Origin: an uncultured Methanomassiliicoccales archaeon
Lineage (GTDB): Archaea; Thermoplasmatota; Thermoplasmata; Methanomassiliicoccales; UBA472
NCBI GenBank assembly: GCA_963695345.1
Contig: OY968769.1
Location: 704,001 to 768,000 of the forward strand
Reading direction: 5' to 3'
Length of the DNA stretch: 64,000 bases
Position numbers and translations under genes: made by a program. Positions 9,998 to 20,327 of the stretch are shown here, one piece after another. The notes under the pieces were generated by a model. The model had not been told where the DNA came from. It searched no databases and was given only the letters and a program-made list of their open reading frames with translations. Within the stretch, counting starts at the first letter, position 1, and every line of letters starts with the position of its first letter.

Positions 9998-12802
9998 ATG
10001 ACCATAGAAAGGCACATCCTGGTTCTATACGTCGATGATGAAGAGGATATGCTGGAACTATGCCGGATATATCTTGAGCTTTCAGAGGACATCCGAGTGG
10101 AAACCGAGATCTCCGTGGTAGAGGCGGAAAGGAAGATGGAGAGCGGACGATACGACGCGGTGATATCGGACTACCAGATGCGTGAGATGACCGGCATCGA
10201 TTTCTTGAAGAGGCTCCGAAAGAAGGGAAATGACGTTCCATTCGTGCTGTTCACTGGAAAAGGGAGAGAGGAGGTGGTCATTGAGGCGATCAACTCGGGT
10301 GCCGATTCCTACGTCCAAAAAGGAGGAGAGGCAAAATCCCAGTTCGTGGAACTTGCTCACAGGGTAAGGAAAACCGTGGCCAAAAGGCGGGCGGAAAGAT
10401 CGCTGAAGGAGAGCGAAGAGAGCTACAGAATGCTGTTCGAAGGCATCTTGGAAGGAATGGCATATTGCCAGATGCTGTATGACCACAATGGAGTTCCAGT
10501 CGACTGGCGTTATATCAAGGTCAATGAGCAGTTCACATTACTGACCGGTCTAAAGGAGATAGAGGGAAAGAAGGTAACTGAGGCCATTCCCGGAATCATG
10601 GAGCTCGACCCCGGTCTGCTGGCCACCTACGATCGGGTCGCCTCGACGGGGGTCTCTGAGAAGTTCGAGACCTACGTCAGATCATTAGGCCAATGGATGG
10701 ACGTTTCTGTGATCAGCCCAAGCAAAGGGTTTTTCATTGCCATCTTCGAAAACGTCACAGTCCGGAAACGCTATGAACAGGAAATGGAGACGACCATTGA
10801 GTTCCTGAGAATCGTCAACCTCAGCAAGAGCGTGGAGGAACTGATCGCATCCGCCATCACCTTCTTCCAGAAACAATCGGGCTGCGAGGCTGTGGGCATC
10901 AGGCTGAAGGAAGGGGTCGACTATCCTTATTACGAGACCAAGGGATTCCCTGACGGGTTCGTGTTACTGGAGAAACGACTTTGCTCCTACGATGAGCTTG
11001 GGGCTGTGATCATAGGCCAGGATGGATATCCCATCTTGGAGTGCATGTGCGGTAACGTGATTCGTGGAAGGTTCGATTCCACGAAGGAATTCTTCACGGC
11101 CAACGGCAGCTTCTGGACGAACTGCACGACCAGACTATTGGCGACATCGACCGATGAGGACAGGCAGGCGAGGACCAGGAACCGTTGTAACGGCGAAGGG
11201 TACGAATCAGTGGCCCTGATCCCTCTGACCATGGGACAGGAGCGATATGGCCTACTCCAGATGAACGACCGTAGGACCGGTAGGTACTCCACGCAAATGA
11301 TCGCCCTTTGGGAGCGCCTGGCCGGATATCTTTCGGTCGCATTGTCCAAGTTCCTGGCCGATGAGGCGCTGAACAGGAGCGAAGAGAGGTATCTGAGCCT
11401 GTTCGAGTCGATCGAGGAGTCCGCGGCATTCTTCGAGTATGTACTGGATGGAGGAGGAGAGGTAGCGGACTTCATTTGCCGGGATGTCAACCGGGCCGGC
11501 CTGGCCGCCATGGGATACGACTCCAAGGAGGATGTGCTGGGAAGGAGGATGGGGGGATTGGGTCCGGAAAGGACCTTGGCGCCCCCGGTAGCAGCGATCG
11601 CCGAGATGAGGAGGAGCGGGAAGACATTGGTCAGTGACATCCATCTGGCCACAGGAAATCGGGACTTCATAACGGCCATCATCCCTATCGATGAAGACCA
11701 CTTCATCCTGACCAGCAGGGATGAGACCGATATCGCGAACATAAAAAGGGCGGCTGACAATGACGCATCCCGTCTTAAGACCATCATGGACGTCCTGCCG
11801 ATCGGCCTTATCATGACCGATGAGAAGGGAGCGATCTTGGCGGTGAACGATATCACAAAAGAAATTTGGGGAGGGAGCTTCCCAATGGCGGAGAACGTCG
11901 AAGACTATCGCATATACAAGGCCTGGGAGTATGAGACGGGAAAGGAGATCGAGCCCGAGGAATGGGCGGGGGCTATCGCCCTAAGGGAAGGAAGGACCGT
12001 CCTCGGCCAGGCTGTGACGGTCCAGGGATTTGATGGGGTCCGGAGATCGATCATCAACAATGCTGCTCCCATCAGGACGAATGAAGGGAAGGCCGTCGGG
12101 GTGGTGGTTGCGATGCAGGACATCACCGAGAGCAGGCTCCAGGAGGAGTCCCTGCGCATCGCCAACGGAAAGCTGATGCTGCTTGACAAGATCAACCGGC
12201 ACGACATAAAGAACCAGTTGACCCTATTGAGGGGCAACTTGGAATTGGCCAGGATGACATTCACCGACCCGGAGGGTCAAAAGCACCTGAAATTGGTCGA
12301 ACGGGCGGCAGAGATGATAGAGAAGCACGTCAATTTCGCCAAACAGTACCAGGAGCTTGGTCGGACGTTGCCATGCTGGCATTCGTTGAGGGAGGAGATC
12401 TCCAAGGTGATCGAGGGATATGACCTGATCGACCTCCAAATGAATTGGGAACCGACCTGCGGCTCGGAGATATTGGCCGATCCAATGCTCCCCAGGGTGT
12501 TCCAGAACTTGGTCGAGAACACCATGCGCTACGGCGATAAACCCGCCGTGGTAAACATCCACTGTGAGCCGGATGGTTCGGACCTTTTGATAATATTTGA
12601 GGATCGGGGCAAAGGAATACCTTTCGCGGAAAAGGAGAAGATCTTCGAGAAAGGATACGGAAAGGGTTCTGGCATGGGACTGTTCCTGATCAAGGATATC
12701 CTAGGCATCTCTGGCATCACCATCATAGAGAACGGAGTCCCAGGCAAAGGGGTCAGGTTCGAGATCAGGGTACCGCCAGGACGATTCCGGATGTGCGGAT
12801 GA
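9998..12802 (+). CDS. Archaeal hybrid sensor kinase REC-PAS-GAF-PAS-PAS-HisKA-HATPase
   Basis: VLYVDDE/SDYQM/FTGKGRE/YVQK receiver; H-box RHDIKNQL; N-box NLVENT; EDRGKG; IFEKGYGKGSGMGL. Confidence 0.92.
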   Translation: MTIERHILVLYVDDEEDMLELCRIYLELSEDIRVETEISVVEAERKMESGRYDAVISDYQMREMTGIDFLKRLRKKGNDVPFVLFTGKGREEVVIEAINSGADSYVQKGGEAKSQFVELAHRVRKTVAKRRAERSLKESEESYRMLFEGILEGMAYCQMLYDHNGVPVDWRYIKVNEQFTLLTGLKEIEGKKVTEAIPGIMELDPGLLATYDRVASTGVSEKFETYVRSLGQWMDVSVISPSKGFFIAIFENVTVRKRYEQEMETTIEFLRIVNLSKSVEELIASAITFFQKQSGCEAVGIRLKEGVDYPYYETKGFPDGFVLLEKRLCSYDELGAVIIGQDGYPILECMCGNVIRGRFDSTKEFFTANGSFWTNCTTRLLATSTDEDRQARTRNRCNGEGYESVALIPLTMGQERYGLLQMNDRRTGRYSTQMIALWERLAGYLSVALSKFLADEALNRSEERYLSLFESIEESAAFFEYVLDGGGEVADFICRDVNRAGLAAMGYDSKEDVLGRRMGGLGPERTLAPPVAAIAEMRRSGKTLVSDIHLATGNRDFITAIIPIDEDHFILTSRDETDIANIKRAADNDASRLKTIMDVLPIGLIMTDEKGAILAVNDITKEIWGGSFPMAENVEDYRIYKAWEYETGKEIEPEEWAGAIALREGRTVLGQAVTVQGFDGVRRSIINNAAPIRTNEGKAVGVVVAMQDITESRLQEESLRIANGKLMLLDKINRHDIKNQLTLLRGNLELARMTFTDPEGQKHLKLVERAAEMIEKHVNFAKQYQELGRTLPCWHSLREEISKVIEGYDLIDLQMNWEPTCGSEILADPMLPRVFQNLVENTMRYGDKPAVVNIHCEPDGSDLLIIFEDRGKGIPFAEKEKIFEKGYGKGSGMGLFLIKDILGISGITIIENGVPGKGVRFEIRVPPGRFRMCG

Positions 12803-12938
12803 CGTTCATCGTCGATGATCCAGCAACCAAAATCCGATCTGCCTAGCAGAACAGTCTCCCTTTGCCTTTTAAGCGGAAGTGGAGGCCCGGTCCTTTGCAG
12901 AACCAAGGCCATTTGTATCTTGGGAACGGAAAGGTCGT

Positions 12939-13130
12939 TCAGCGGTAGGCGATAACCGTGGCCCCGATATCCTTCTCGACCTTCTGAAGTTCTTTCACCT
13001 GGCCGTTGGACAGTTCCGCAAACTCCAGGGGCTTGTAGGCCATGAGCACGACTCCGAGCTCCTTCTCGAGGGCGTTTATCTTCTTGATATCTGCGGCGGA
13101 AATGTCGGCAAGCTTGTTCAGACAGACCAT
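12939..13130 (-). CDS. 63-aa protein made of two tandem ~30-aa repeats
   Basis: LADISAADIKKINALEKELGVVLMAY / FAELSNGQVKELQKVEKDIGATVIAY. Confidence 0.7.
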   Translation of the reverse strand: MVCLNKLADISAADIKKINALEKELGVVLMAYKPLEFAELSNGQVKELQKVEKDIGATVIAYR

Positions 13131-13287
13131 TATTACACCGACGGGTTCAACGCCAATGGCAATATTTTAACCTTGTTTGTCTGGCTCATACATCCAACTG
13201 GCTAGCATGAAAACCGATCCGAACGGAGGCGTGACACAGTGACACAAGGTTTAACAGAGCCGCTCGCCTTGACTCCGGGCGGGTACA

Positions 13288-14703
13288 ATGGCTGGTACGC
13301 CTGAGGATGATGAGGGGGGAAAGGACCGGTATCTAATTCTGGTGGTGGTATTAGCCGGGGTCTTCATGTCGGTACTCGATGGAGTGGTGGTTACCATAGC
13401 GCTCCCTAACATCACCTCCTATTTCCGGGTCGGGGTGGCCGAGTCCCAGTGGGTGGTGACGACCTACCCGGTCATCGAGACGGCCTTCATCATCATCTTC
13501 GGCAAGGTGGCGGAGCGGACCGGCAAGGCCAGAATGTTCGCAGGAGGACTGGTCGTTTTCACGGCGTCATCGCTGATCTGCGGAATATCAAGCTCCCTGG
13601 AATTGCTGATAGTCTTCCGGGTGGTCCAAGGGATAGGTGCGGCGATGCTGTTCTGCATTGCCGCGGCGATACTGTTCCAAGTATTCCGTCACGAGGATCG
13701 GGGGAAGGTCATGGGGCTGCTCGGATCGGCCGTGGCAGTGGCCATGCTGGCGGGACCGGCCATCGGCGGTTTCATCGTCGCCGGGCTGGGCTGGCAGTAC
13801 ATTTTCTGGATCAATGTTCCGGTGGGCATCTTCGCGGTGCTCCTGGCCCTGAAGACCCTGCGGCTGAACGAATCGATCGTCAAACACCTGAAGATGGACT
13901 ATGTAGGTTCGGCCCTATGGATCCTGGCTATCGTTACGTTGATGCTCACCCTGGGAGAGATCGCGTCCTCCGGTGGGATTACTGGATTGGCCATTGTATT
14001 CGCCGCTACCTTCGCCTTGTCGCTGACCGGTTTCACGATATGGGAAAAACGGGCACCATTCCCGCTTCTGGACGTCTCGGTCTTCCGGGTGAGGGCCTTC
14101 ACCTGCGCAGGATTGAGCATGGCCATGTTCTTCATCAGTTCCAATATCGTCTCGGTGGTCGGTCCGTTCTACTACGAGGGAGTCCTGGGATTTGGACCGG
14201 AAACCGTGGGCCTGATCTTCATGATACTGCCGGCGGTCATGATCTTCGGTTCGCCCATCGCCGGCAGGATTTATGACCGGACGCACTCCCGACACTACAG
14301 TCCGTTGGGGCAACTGGTCCGGGCGGGTTCACTGTTCCTGCTCGCCATTGGCTTCTTCTGGCAGGACATGGCGACAATGATCATGGCCTTCGTGGTCATG
14401 GGATTGGGGAGCGCCCTGTTCAAGAGCGTGAACGACACCGAGGTCATGATCACCCTGCCGAAGGAGCAGTCGGCGGTCGCCTCGAGCGTCTCGGCGACCT
14501 TCCGAAATCTAAGCATACCCATCGGAACCTCGCTGGGCACCATGCTGCTGGTGTTCCAGATGGGCAATGTGGAGCTGACGGGAGCGGTCGGAAACGCGGT
14601 CGCCTCGGATCTGGCGGTGGCGACGACCATATCTGTCCTGGTGGCGGGTTCGCTCTCAATGGCGGGAGCGGCGATCTCCTATCTGGGAAACAGAACTGGA
14701 TAG
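13288..14703 (+). CDS. MFS transporter, DHA2 (EmrB/QacA-like) type
   Basis: LDGVVVTIALP, GKVAERTGKARMF (motif A), FRVVQGIG, GPAIGG..GWQYIFWINVPVG; about 14 TM. Confidence 0.92.
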   Translation: MAGTPEDDEGGKDRYLILVVVLAGVFMSVLDGVVVTIALPNITSYFRVGVAESQWVVTTYPVIETAFIIIFGKVAERTGKARMFAGGLVVFTASSLICGISSSLELLIVFRVVQGIGAAMLFCIAAAILFQVFRHEDRGKVMGLLGSAVAVAMLAGPAIGGFIVAGLGWQYIFWINVPVGIFAVLLALKTLRLNESIVKHLKMDYVGSALWILAIVTLMLTLGEIASSGGITGLAIVFAATFALSLTGFTIWEKRAPFPLLDVSVFRVRAFTCAGLSMAMFFISSNIVSVVGPFYYEGVLGFGPETVGLIFMILPAVMIFGSPIAGRIYDRTHSRHYSPLGQLVRAGSLFLLAIGFFWQDMATMIMAFVVMGLGSALFKSVNDTEVMITLPKEQSAVASSVSATFRNLSIPIGTSLGTMLLVFQMGNVELTGAVGNAVASDLAVATTISVLVAGSLSMAGAAISYLGNRTG

Positions 14704-14719
14704 CTGGATGAGAACAATC

Positions 14720-14741
14720 AGAAAATAAAAAAAAGAAATTT
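14720..14741 (-). terminator. T-rich terminator for the minus-strand zinc-ribbon gene
   Basis: Long A-run on the + strand between convergent genes. Confidence 0.45.
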
Positions 14742-14785
14742 TCGGCGGACAAGCCACCTTGTCGCGCCCGATCGCCATTGGGCCT

Positions 14786-15367
14786 TTACTTGATGAAGCC
14801 CATCCTGAGCGCGGCTCCGGCGAGTCCGGCCAGGCTTCCGGCGACGATCTCGGCCCCGTACCACCCGACACCGCTCGCGAACAGCGCCGCCATTCCCCAG
14901 AAGAAGAACAGGGCGGATATGCCGAGCAGGATGAATCCCATCATCTTGCTGTCGAGGCTCTTCAGCAGGCTCGGCATGATGACCGATCCCAGAATGAACA
15001 GGCCCGCCAGGAGGGCGAGCAGTCCGAGAAGAACTACTGCCGCGCTAGTGCCGTAGTATCTGAGGTCCGAGAGACCGCCAAATCCGGCCAGCACGAGCAT
15101 GAACCCGGAGAACAGGAACAGAACCTCGGTCATGCCGACGCTCTTCACCGTGGGAACATACTCCTGCTTTACCGGTTGGGGCGGGTAGTATTGCTGCGGC
15201 GGTGGTTGCTGATACTGCTGTTGCGGGGCAGGCTGTTGGTACTGCGGCTGGGGAGCGGCCTGTTGGGAGCTATCCCAGTTACCTGGTGTTAGCAACGAAG
15301 CACCGCAATTCGGACAGTGCACGGCGTCGTTGACGATATTGTCCATTCCACAATTACTGCATTTCAT
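14786..15367 (-). CDS. Zinc-ribbon, Q/P-rich linker, 4-TM membrane protein
   Basis: CSNCG...CPNCGA, PQPQYQQPAPQQQYQQPPP repeats, four hydrophobic helices. Confidence 0.85.
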   Translation of the reverse strand: MKCSNCGMDNIVNDAVHCPNCGASLLTPGNWDSSQQAAPQPQYQQPAPQQQYQQPPPQQYYPPQPVKQEYVPTVKSVGMTEVLFLFSGFMLVLAGFGGLSDLRYYGTSAAVVLLGLLALLAGLFILGSVIMPSLLKSLDSKMMGFILLGISALFFFWGMAALFASGVGWYGAEIVAGSLAGLAGAALRMGFIK

Positions 15368-15458
15368 AGGGAAACCTCATTCCTCCATCGTTGGATTGGC
15401 GGAGGGGGGTTAATAGTTATCGGATATGCCCAAACGATACCATCGATGTGGAACAGGC

Positions 15459-17312
15459 TCACTTTTCGAACATCTGAGAAGGGATGGATATCTCGAACCG
15501 GACCCCTTTCCCGTACGTTCCAGTCTCCCTGATGGTTATTCCAGTGATGGCCAAGATCTCCCTGGAAAGGAACAGGCCGAGCCCGGTTCCCCTGCCGAAC
15601 CCCTTCTCGAATATCCTTTCCTTTTCATGGTCGGGTATTCCCGGGCCGATATCCTCATAGACCAGGTTCATCACGTCCTCCGCTGGTTCGCTTCCGATCC
15701 GGATCGATACCGGTTTTGCCGAGTATCGGACCGTGTTCTCGATTAGGTTGTTGAAGACCTTCGGCAACATCGGATCGGCATAGATGGAAAGGCTGGCGGC
15801 TTCTTCACTTATCTGAACATCCTTGGCATATTGATTCTGGCGGACCACCTCCGCCACCGATTGCCATTGAGGGGCCGTGCTCCCCATGTCCTGGTACTCC
15901 TTCGTGAAACGGATCTGCTCCAGGATGACCCGGCTGCAACTCGCCACCTTCTCAAGACTGGCCAATGATTCCGGATCGACAGCGGACAGTTTGACCAGGT
16001 CCAGATGACCCCGTAAAACGGAGAGCTGGTTGACGATGTCGTGCCGGGTGATGCTGTTAAGTAGACTGAGCTTCCTATTGGCCCTTTCAAGGGCCACCTC
16101 CGCCTTCTTCCGGTCGGTGATGTCCTGATTAGCCCCATAGATATGGAATGGCCGGCCCTGGGCGTCCCTCTCCACTTCGACGCAGACCACTATGTCCCTT
16201 ACCTGACCGTCGCGGCGGACCATCCGATGTTCCAGCCGGTTGATGCCGATCGGCGAGGAAAGGTTCAGATCTATTACCTTATCCACCCATGACCGGTCGT
16301 CAGGATAGACGAAACCTTTGGTGTAGTCGTCTATCTTCATGAGGTACCCGCCCTCCCGCTCCGCCGTGGTACCGTAGAGCGCATAGAACGCGTCGTTGAA
16401 TATGAACCGACCCTTCACCAGGTCCATATCCCAATAAACCAGCTTGGCGAGGTCCATGGCCACCGCCAGCTGGTGCTTGGCGGCCCTCAGGTCCATCTCC
16501 GCGGCGGATATCTGGGAGTATGATGCCCGGAGCTCGTCGTTCTTCTGCTGGACCTCCATTTCCGCCTTCTTCCTTTCCGTGATGTCTTGGAGGACGCCGA
16601 AGACTATCCGGTGGACCGGGTCGTATTCCGCCCTGGAATGAATGTGCAGGATATTGCCGTCATTCTTTCGTTTTATCTTGAACTCGATATCATAGGGAGT
16701 GCCTTTTTGGAGAAGATCTGTGAGCGCGGCATCGAGCTGGGTACGATATTCGGGCAGCGGGACGTCCTTCACCAGTTCATAAGGTAACCGCCCCGGTTCG
16801 ATTCCATAGATGATCCGGGCGCCGGCGGAGGCGGACATCTCCTTGCTGTCGAGGTGAAGTTCCCAGTGCCCGAACCCGGCGATCTCCTCGGCCCGGGTCA
16901 GCCGGGCTTCGCTGTTCAGTAACGCCATGCAGGCCCTGTGCCTTTCCACCGCCCGATTTATCCGATGCGTAAGTTCGGTGAACTGGGGCCGGGGAAGTCC
17001 GCCCTTCTGCAGATAGGAATCGGCGCCTTCGTTAAGTGCCTCTATGACCACCTCCTCCCTGCCCTTCCCGGTGAAAAGGATGAATGGAATGTCGTTCTTG
17101 GACTTCCTGAGCGCCCTTAGGAAGGCCAACCCATCCATCTCTGGCATCATGTAATCAGATACCACGACATCGAACTTGCCTTCCTGAAGCAACTTGATGC
17201 CGGTCTTGACGCTGATGGCCGTTTCCAGGATCATCTCGTTCGATGCCTCCAGGAATTCCTTGGCCAACTCCAGCAATGGTTCTTCATCATCAACGTAGAG
17301 GACCTTGATCAT
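15459..17312 (-). CDS. Archaeal hybrid sensor kinase REC-PAS-PAS-HisKA-HATPase
   Basis: VLYVDDE, SDYMMP, RHDIVNQL, NLIENT, EDIGPG, FEKGFGRGTGLGL. Confidence 0.92.
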   Translation of the reverse strand: MIKVLYVDDEEPLLELAKEFLEASNEMILETAISVKTGIKLLQEGKFDVVVSDYMMPEMDGLAFLRALRKSKNDIPFILFTGKGREEVVIEALNEGADSYLQKGGLPRPQFTELTHRINRAVERHRACMALLNSEARLTRAEEIAGFGHWELHLDSKEMSASAGARIIYGIEPGRLPYELVKDVPLPEYRTQLDAALTDLLQKGTPYDIEFKIKRKNDGNILHIHSRAEYDPVHRIVFGVLQDITERKKAEMEVQQKNDELRASYSQISAAEMDLRAAKHQLAVAMDLAKLVYWDMDLVKGRFIFNDAFYALYGTTAEREGGYLMKIDDYTKGFVYPDDRSWVDKVIDLNLSSPIGINRLEHRMVRRDGQVRDIVVCVEVERDAQGRPFHIYGANQDITDRKKAEVALERANRKLSLLNSITRHDIVNQLSVLRGHLDLVKLSAVDPESLASLEKVASCSRVILEQIRFTKEYQDMGSTAPQWQSVAEVVRQNQYAKDVQISEEAASLSIYADPMLPKVFNNLIENTVRYSAKPVSIRIGSEPAEDVMNLVYEDIGPGIPDHEKERIFEKGFGRGTGLGLFLSREILAITGITIRETGTYGKGVRFEISIPSQMFEK

Positions 17313-17507
17313 CGAGCGTCCATACTTTATAACCCGTTAAGGTTCATAAACCCTTATTTCCAATAATCAATTCTCAACACTCTCCCCCAGTCCGGAATAG
17401 CCGGAAAACATGGCTCAACCGACTGGGTTCTTTTCACGTGTCCAGATGGATCAGAGCACTGAATGGGATGGACCTCCCCCACCAGGGCCTATTTCCATGC
17501 GTTATGG

Positions 17508-18209
17508 CTAATGGAATAGTTCGAAGGGCTTTCCCGGTTCTGCAATGATCACATTGATGTCGGAGCTGTTGAGCAGACGGGCCTTGAGCTCACTGGTCGG
17601 CGTCCTGAGGTTGTGCATGGGGACCGCGTACCCCGCACCTATCACCCGAGCGGCCTCGGCCGCGGAGTCGGCGTCCATGGTGAATGTCCCGCCCATCGGA
17701 AGCAGCGCGAGGTCGACATTGCCCAGTTGCCTCATCTCCGGTATGAGGTCGGTGTCTCCCGCGTGGTATATCGTTCTTCCCTCGATCGTGAGGAGATAGC
17801 CCACGCCCACCCCTTTCTTATGAAAGATATGCCCCCTGAGACCGAGATTATAGGCGTCGACTGCCCTCACCTTCACCCAGCCAATGTCGTGTTCCTTTCC
17901 CGGGCCGGTGACGACGGTTTGTTGTGATGGACCAAGTTTCGTTACGACCTTCTTTGGGGCGATGATCAGGGTGGATCTGCCGACAAGTGCCTCCACAGTC
18001 TCTTTCTGGAAATGGTCCCCGTGAGAGTGGGTGATAAGCACCAGGTCTGCCTTTTCGTTCATCTCCGGCCCCTGGTGATGGCCTTTGGGAGTGTAAGAGG
18101 GATCGATATGGATGACCTTGCCGCCGGACCTGATTCGGATCCACGATGTGCTGCTATCGACCCAAGTGATCTCCATAATAATGCCGTGCCGTGATTGGCT
18201 TTCCATCAT
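17508..18209 (-). CDS. Metallo-beta-lactamase-fold hydrolase
   Basis: IDP, THSHGDH, YHAGDT, LPMGGTFTMD, PMH. Confidence 0.9.
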   Translation of the reverse strand: MMESQSRHGIIMEITWVDSSTSWIRIRSGGKVIHIDPSYTPKGHHQGPEMNEKADLVLITHSHGDHFQKETVEALVGRSTLIIAPKKVVTKLGPSQQTVVTGPGKEHDIGWVKVRAVDAYNLGLRGHIFHKKGVGVGYLLTIEGRTIYHAGDTDLIPEMRQLGNVDLALLPMGGTFTMDADSAAEAARVIGAGYAVPMHNLRTPTSELKARLLNSSDINVIIAEPGKPFELFH

Positions 18210-18285
18210 TTTAAGCTAAGTTTTCAGCCCTTTCCACTTTCCAATGAGTATTTATTGACCAGGATTCTCTTGACCCCGATAAGGG

Positions 18286-19035
18286 ATGCCCTCCATGGAC
18301 GAAGAGACGCTGTACCAGACCATATTCAAACGGAAATCCATCAGAAAATTCGAACCGATCCCGCTGGAACAGAGCACAATGGATCTGGTTGTTTCCCAGA
18401 TGGCTTCGTTGTTACCATTGAGCGCCGGAATCGGGACCGAGACAAGGATCCTCAGGAACGAGGATGTGAAAGGGATGTTCAGGGCGGATGCCCCTCACTA
18501 TTTGGCCATCTATTCGGAGGACAAGGAAGGATCCGCGGCAAACGCGGGCTTCATGTTGCAGCAGTTGGACCTCTTCTTCAGCGCCAGCGGTATTGGTTGC
18601 TGCTGGCTCGGGGGAAGCAAACCGACAAAGAAAACCGAACCGGTGGCAGGCATGCAGTTCGTCACCATGCTGGCATTTGGAAAACCTGCCGAAACGCTGC
18701 AGAGGAAGAGCGTGTCCGAGTTCAAGAGGAGGACTCTTTCTGAGATATCCGACATGAATGGATCGGACGAACTAATGGAACCGGTGCGCCTGGCACCTTC
18801 GGGAATGAACAACCAATCCTGGTTCTATCACGGCGACGGAAATCGGACCGACGCCTACTACGCCAAATCGATGATGCTCGACCAGATGAACCAGATCAAT
18901 GTGGGCATAGGCCTGTGCCATCTTTGGCTGTCGGCCGTCCATTTCAAGAAAGATATCCGTTTCGTCAACGAAAGGCCGAGCGAGGAACGAGCTCCTAAAG
19001 GATACCGGTATGTCGCCTCTGCGCTGATGGATTGA
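18286..19035 (+). CDS. Nitroreductase family protein
   Basis: RKSIRKF, GIGCCWLG, second domain RLAPSGMNNQSWF. Confidence 0.88.
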   Translation: MPSMDEETLYQTIFKRKSIRKFEPIPLEQSTMDLVVSQMASLLPLSAGIGTETRILRNEDVKGMFRADAPHYLAIYSEDKEGSAANAGFMLQQLDLFFSASGIGCCWLGGSKPTKKTEPVAGMQFVTMLAFGKPAETLQRKSVSEFKRRTLSEISDMNGSDELMEPVRLAPSGMNNQSWFYHGDGNRTDAYYAKSMMLDQMNQINVGIGLCHLWLSAVHFKKDIRFVNERPSEERAPKGYRYVASALMD

Positions 19036-19140
19036 CCTTGCTTTCCGGAACCGCCTCGGACCGATCGTCAATGCCCTCTGTCACCATCATTAAGAGGAAT
19101 GTTCGAGCTTCTCTTTCATGATACTCTCCGAGGGTGTGAA

Positions 19141-19561
19141 ATGAACGATAGCGGTCGGAAGCCACGGCTCCTCTTGGTGGAGGGCAACCGCGAGGATACC
19201 TTCCTCATCAAGAAGATGCTCCGGGACACCGGGATCGAGCTCGATGTCACCGTCGCCGAGGACGGAGAAAAGGCTATGGATATCCTGGACCGGGCCAATG
19301 GCGACCATAAGAGACCGATCGTATTTGTCATCCTGGGCATCGACCTGCCCAAGATCGATGGTTTCGAAGTACTATCCTACATGAAGAAGATGCACGGTAT
19401 GAAGGACCTCCCGGTCGTGGTATTGACCCGATCTATCAACAATGCGGAAAGGGACCGTGTCCTCTTGATGGGAGCGACCCACTATCTTGTGAAGCCGTCT
19501 TCTTATCGTGAATTCAGCAGCCATGGTCGAATGGATGAGGGGAGCGCTAGAGAATCGCTAG
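19141..19561 (+). CDS. Single-domain response regulator with atypical receiver; one extra base near 19521
   Basis: LLVEGN...DGEKA...VILGIDLPKIDGFEVL...VVVLT...YLVKP; removing one C gives ...SMVEWMRGALENR* ending at 19561 without overlapping the next gene. Confidence 0.75.
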
Positions 19562-19595
19562 GATTCGCCGTTCGGAAATGCTGCCTCGCCCGCGA

Positions 19596-20234
19596 TCAAA
19601 TGGGAGCGGACCTAGCCGCAGCCAGCTCTTTCGTCATCGCCAGGCTCTGCTGCAGTATCTCGGGAGTGCCCAACCGGCATTCATGCCGGAGGTTAAGCTC
19701 AACGGCGAACTGTTTCGACAGCGCGATGTACTTCTCGATGTCCCCCAGCCCATCATCGATGAACAGGACCCTGGAGTAGCCGTCGAACATCTTCCGCATA
19801 TACCAGTCAAGAGAGATCCCCAGCTCCTCGAAGTTGGGCATCTGGACGCGCATCTTCTTCTCGAACCATTCCCGGTTCATCAGGGCGAAGTAGGGAGTGT
19901 GATACATCGTGCCTGCGCACTTCTTCCGCTCTGCCGCATACTCCTCCGGCGTGATCAGCACGCCGATGCAGTCGTCTCCCCTCAGCTGGATGGTGGGGAC
20001 GTTCAGCTGTTCGGTTATGTCTTTCAGCGAATTGCATATCCCGTAGCCGAGCAGGACCGCGTCCACCTTGCCCTCCAATGCGTTGACCTTCTCGATCACC
20101 GCCTTCTTCAGCATCTCCGGGAATTCATGGAGGCCGAACTCCAGATACTCCTTGTGGACTATGTCCGGGTCGTCCTTGATGAGCGGTTCGAGGTTCCTCT
20201 CGAACGTTTCGCATGAGATGATGCCTATCTTCAT
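19596..20234 (-). CDS. DUF1638-family protein
   Basis: IISCE, FGLHEFP, LLGYGIC, DDCIGVL, YSRVLFID motifs. Confidence 0.8.
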   Translation of the reverse strand: MKIGIISCETFERNLEPLIKDDPDIVHKEYLEFGLHEFPEMLKKAVIEKVNALEGKVDAVLLGYGICNSLKDITEQLNVPTIQLRGDDCIGVLITPEEYAAERKKCAGTMYHTPYFALMNREWFEKKMRVQMPNFEELGISLDWYMRKMFDGYSRVLFIDDGLGDIEKYIALSKQFAVELNLRHECRLGTPEILQQSLAMTKELAAARSAPI

Positions 20235-20327
20235 TGTTTCAACTCCTTTCCTTTGGACTACAGTAGATGATACGTCCCCGAAATATTAAAGTATTATCAT
20301 GTCATATTTTTCTATTACTGTGGTCTG

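Noticed and set aside
19562-19779. C-terminal extension of the response regulator in the ORF track
   Set aside because: Caused by one extra base; it overlaps the DUF1638 gene on the opposite strand
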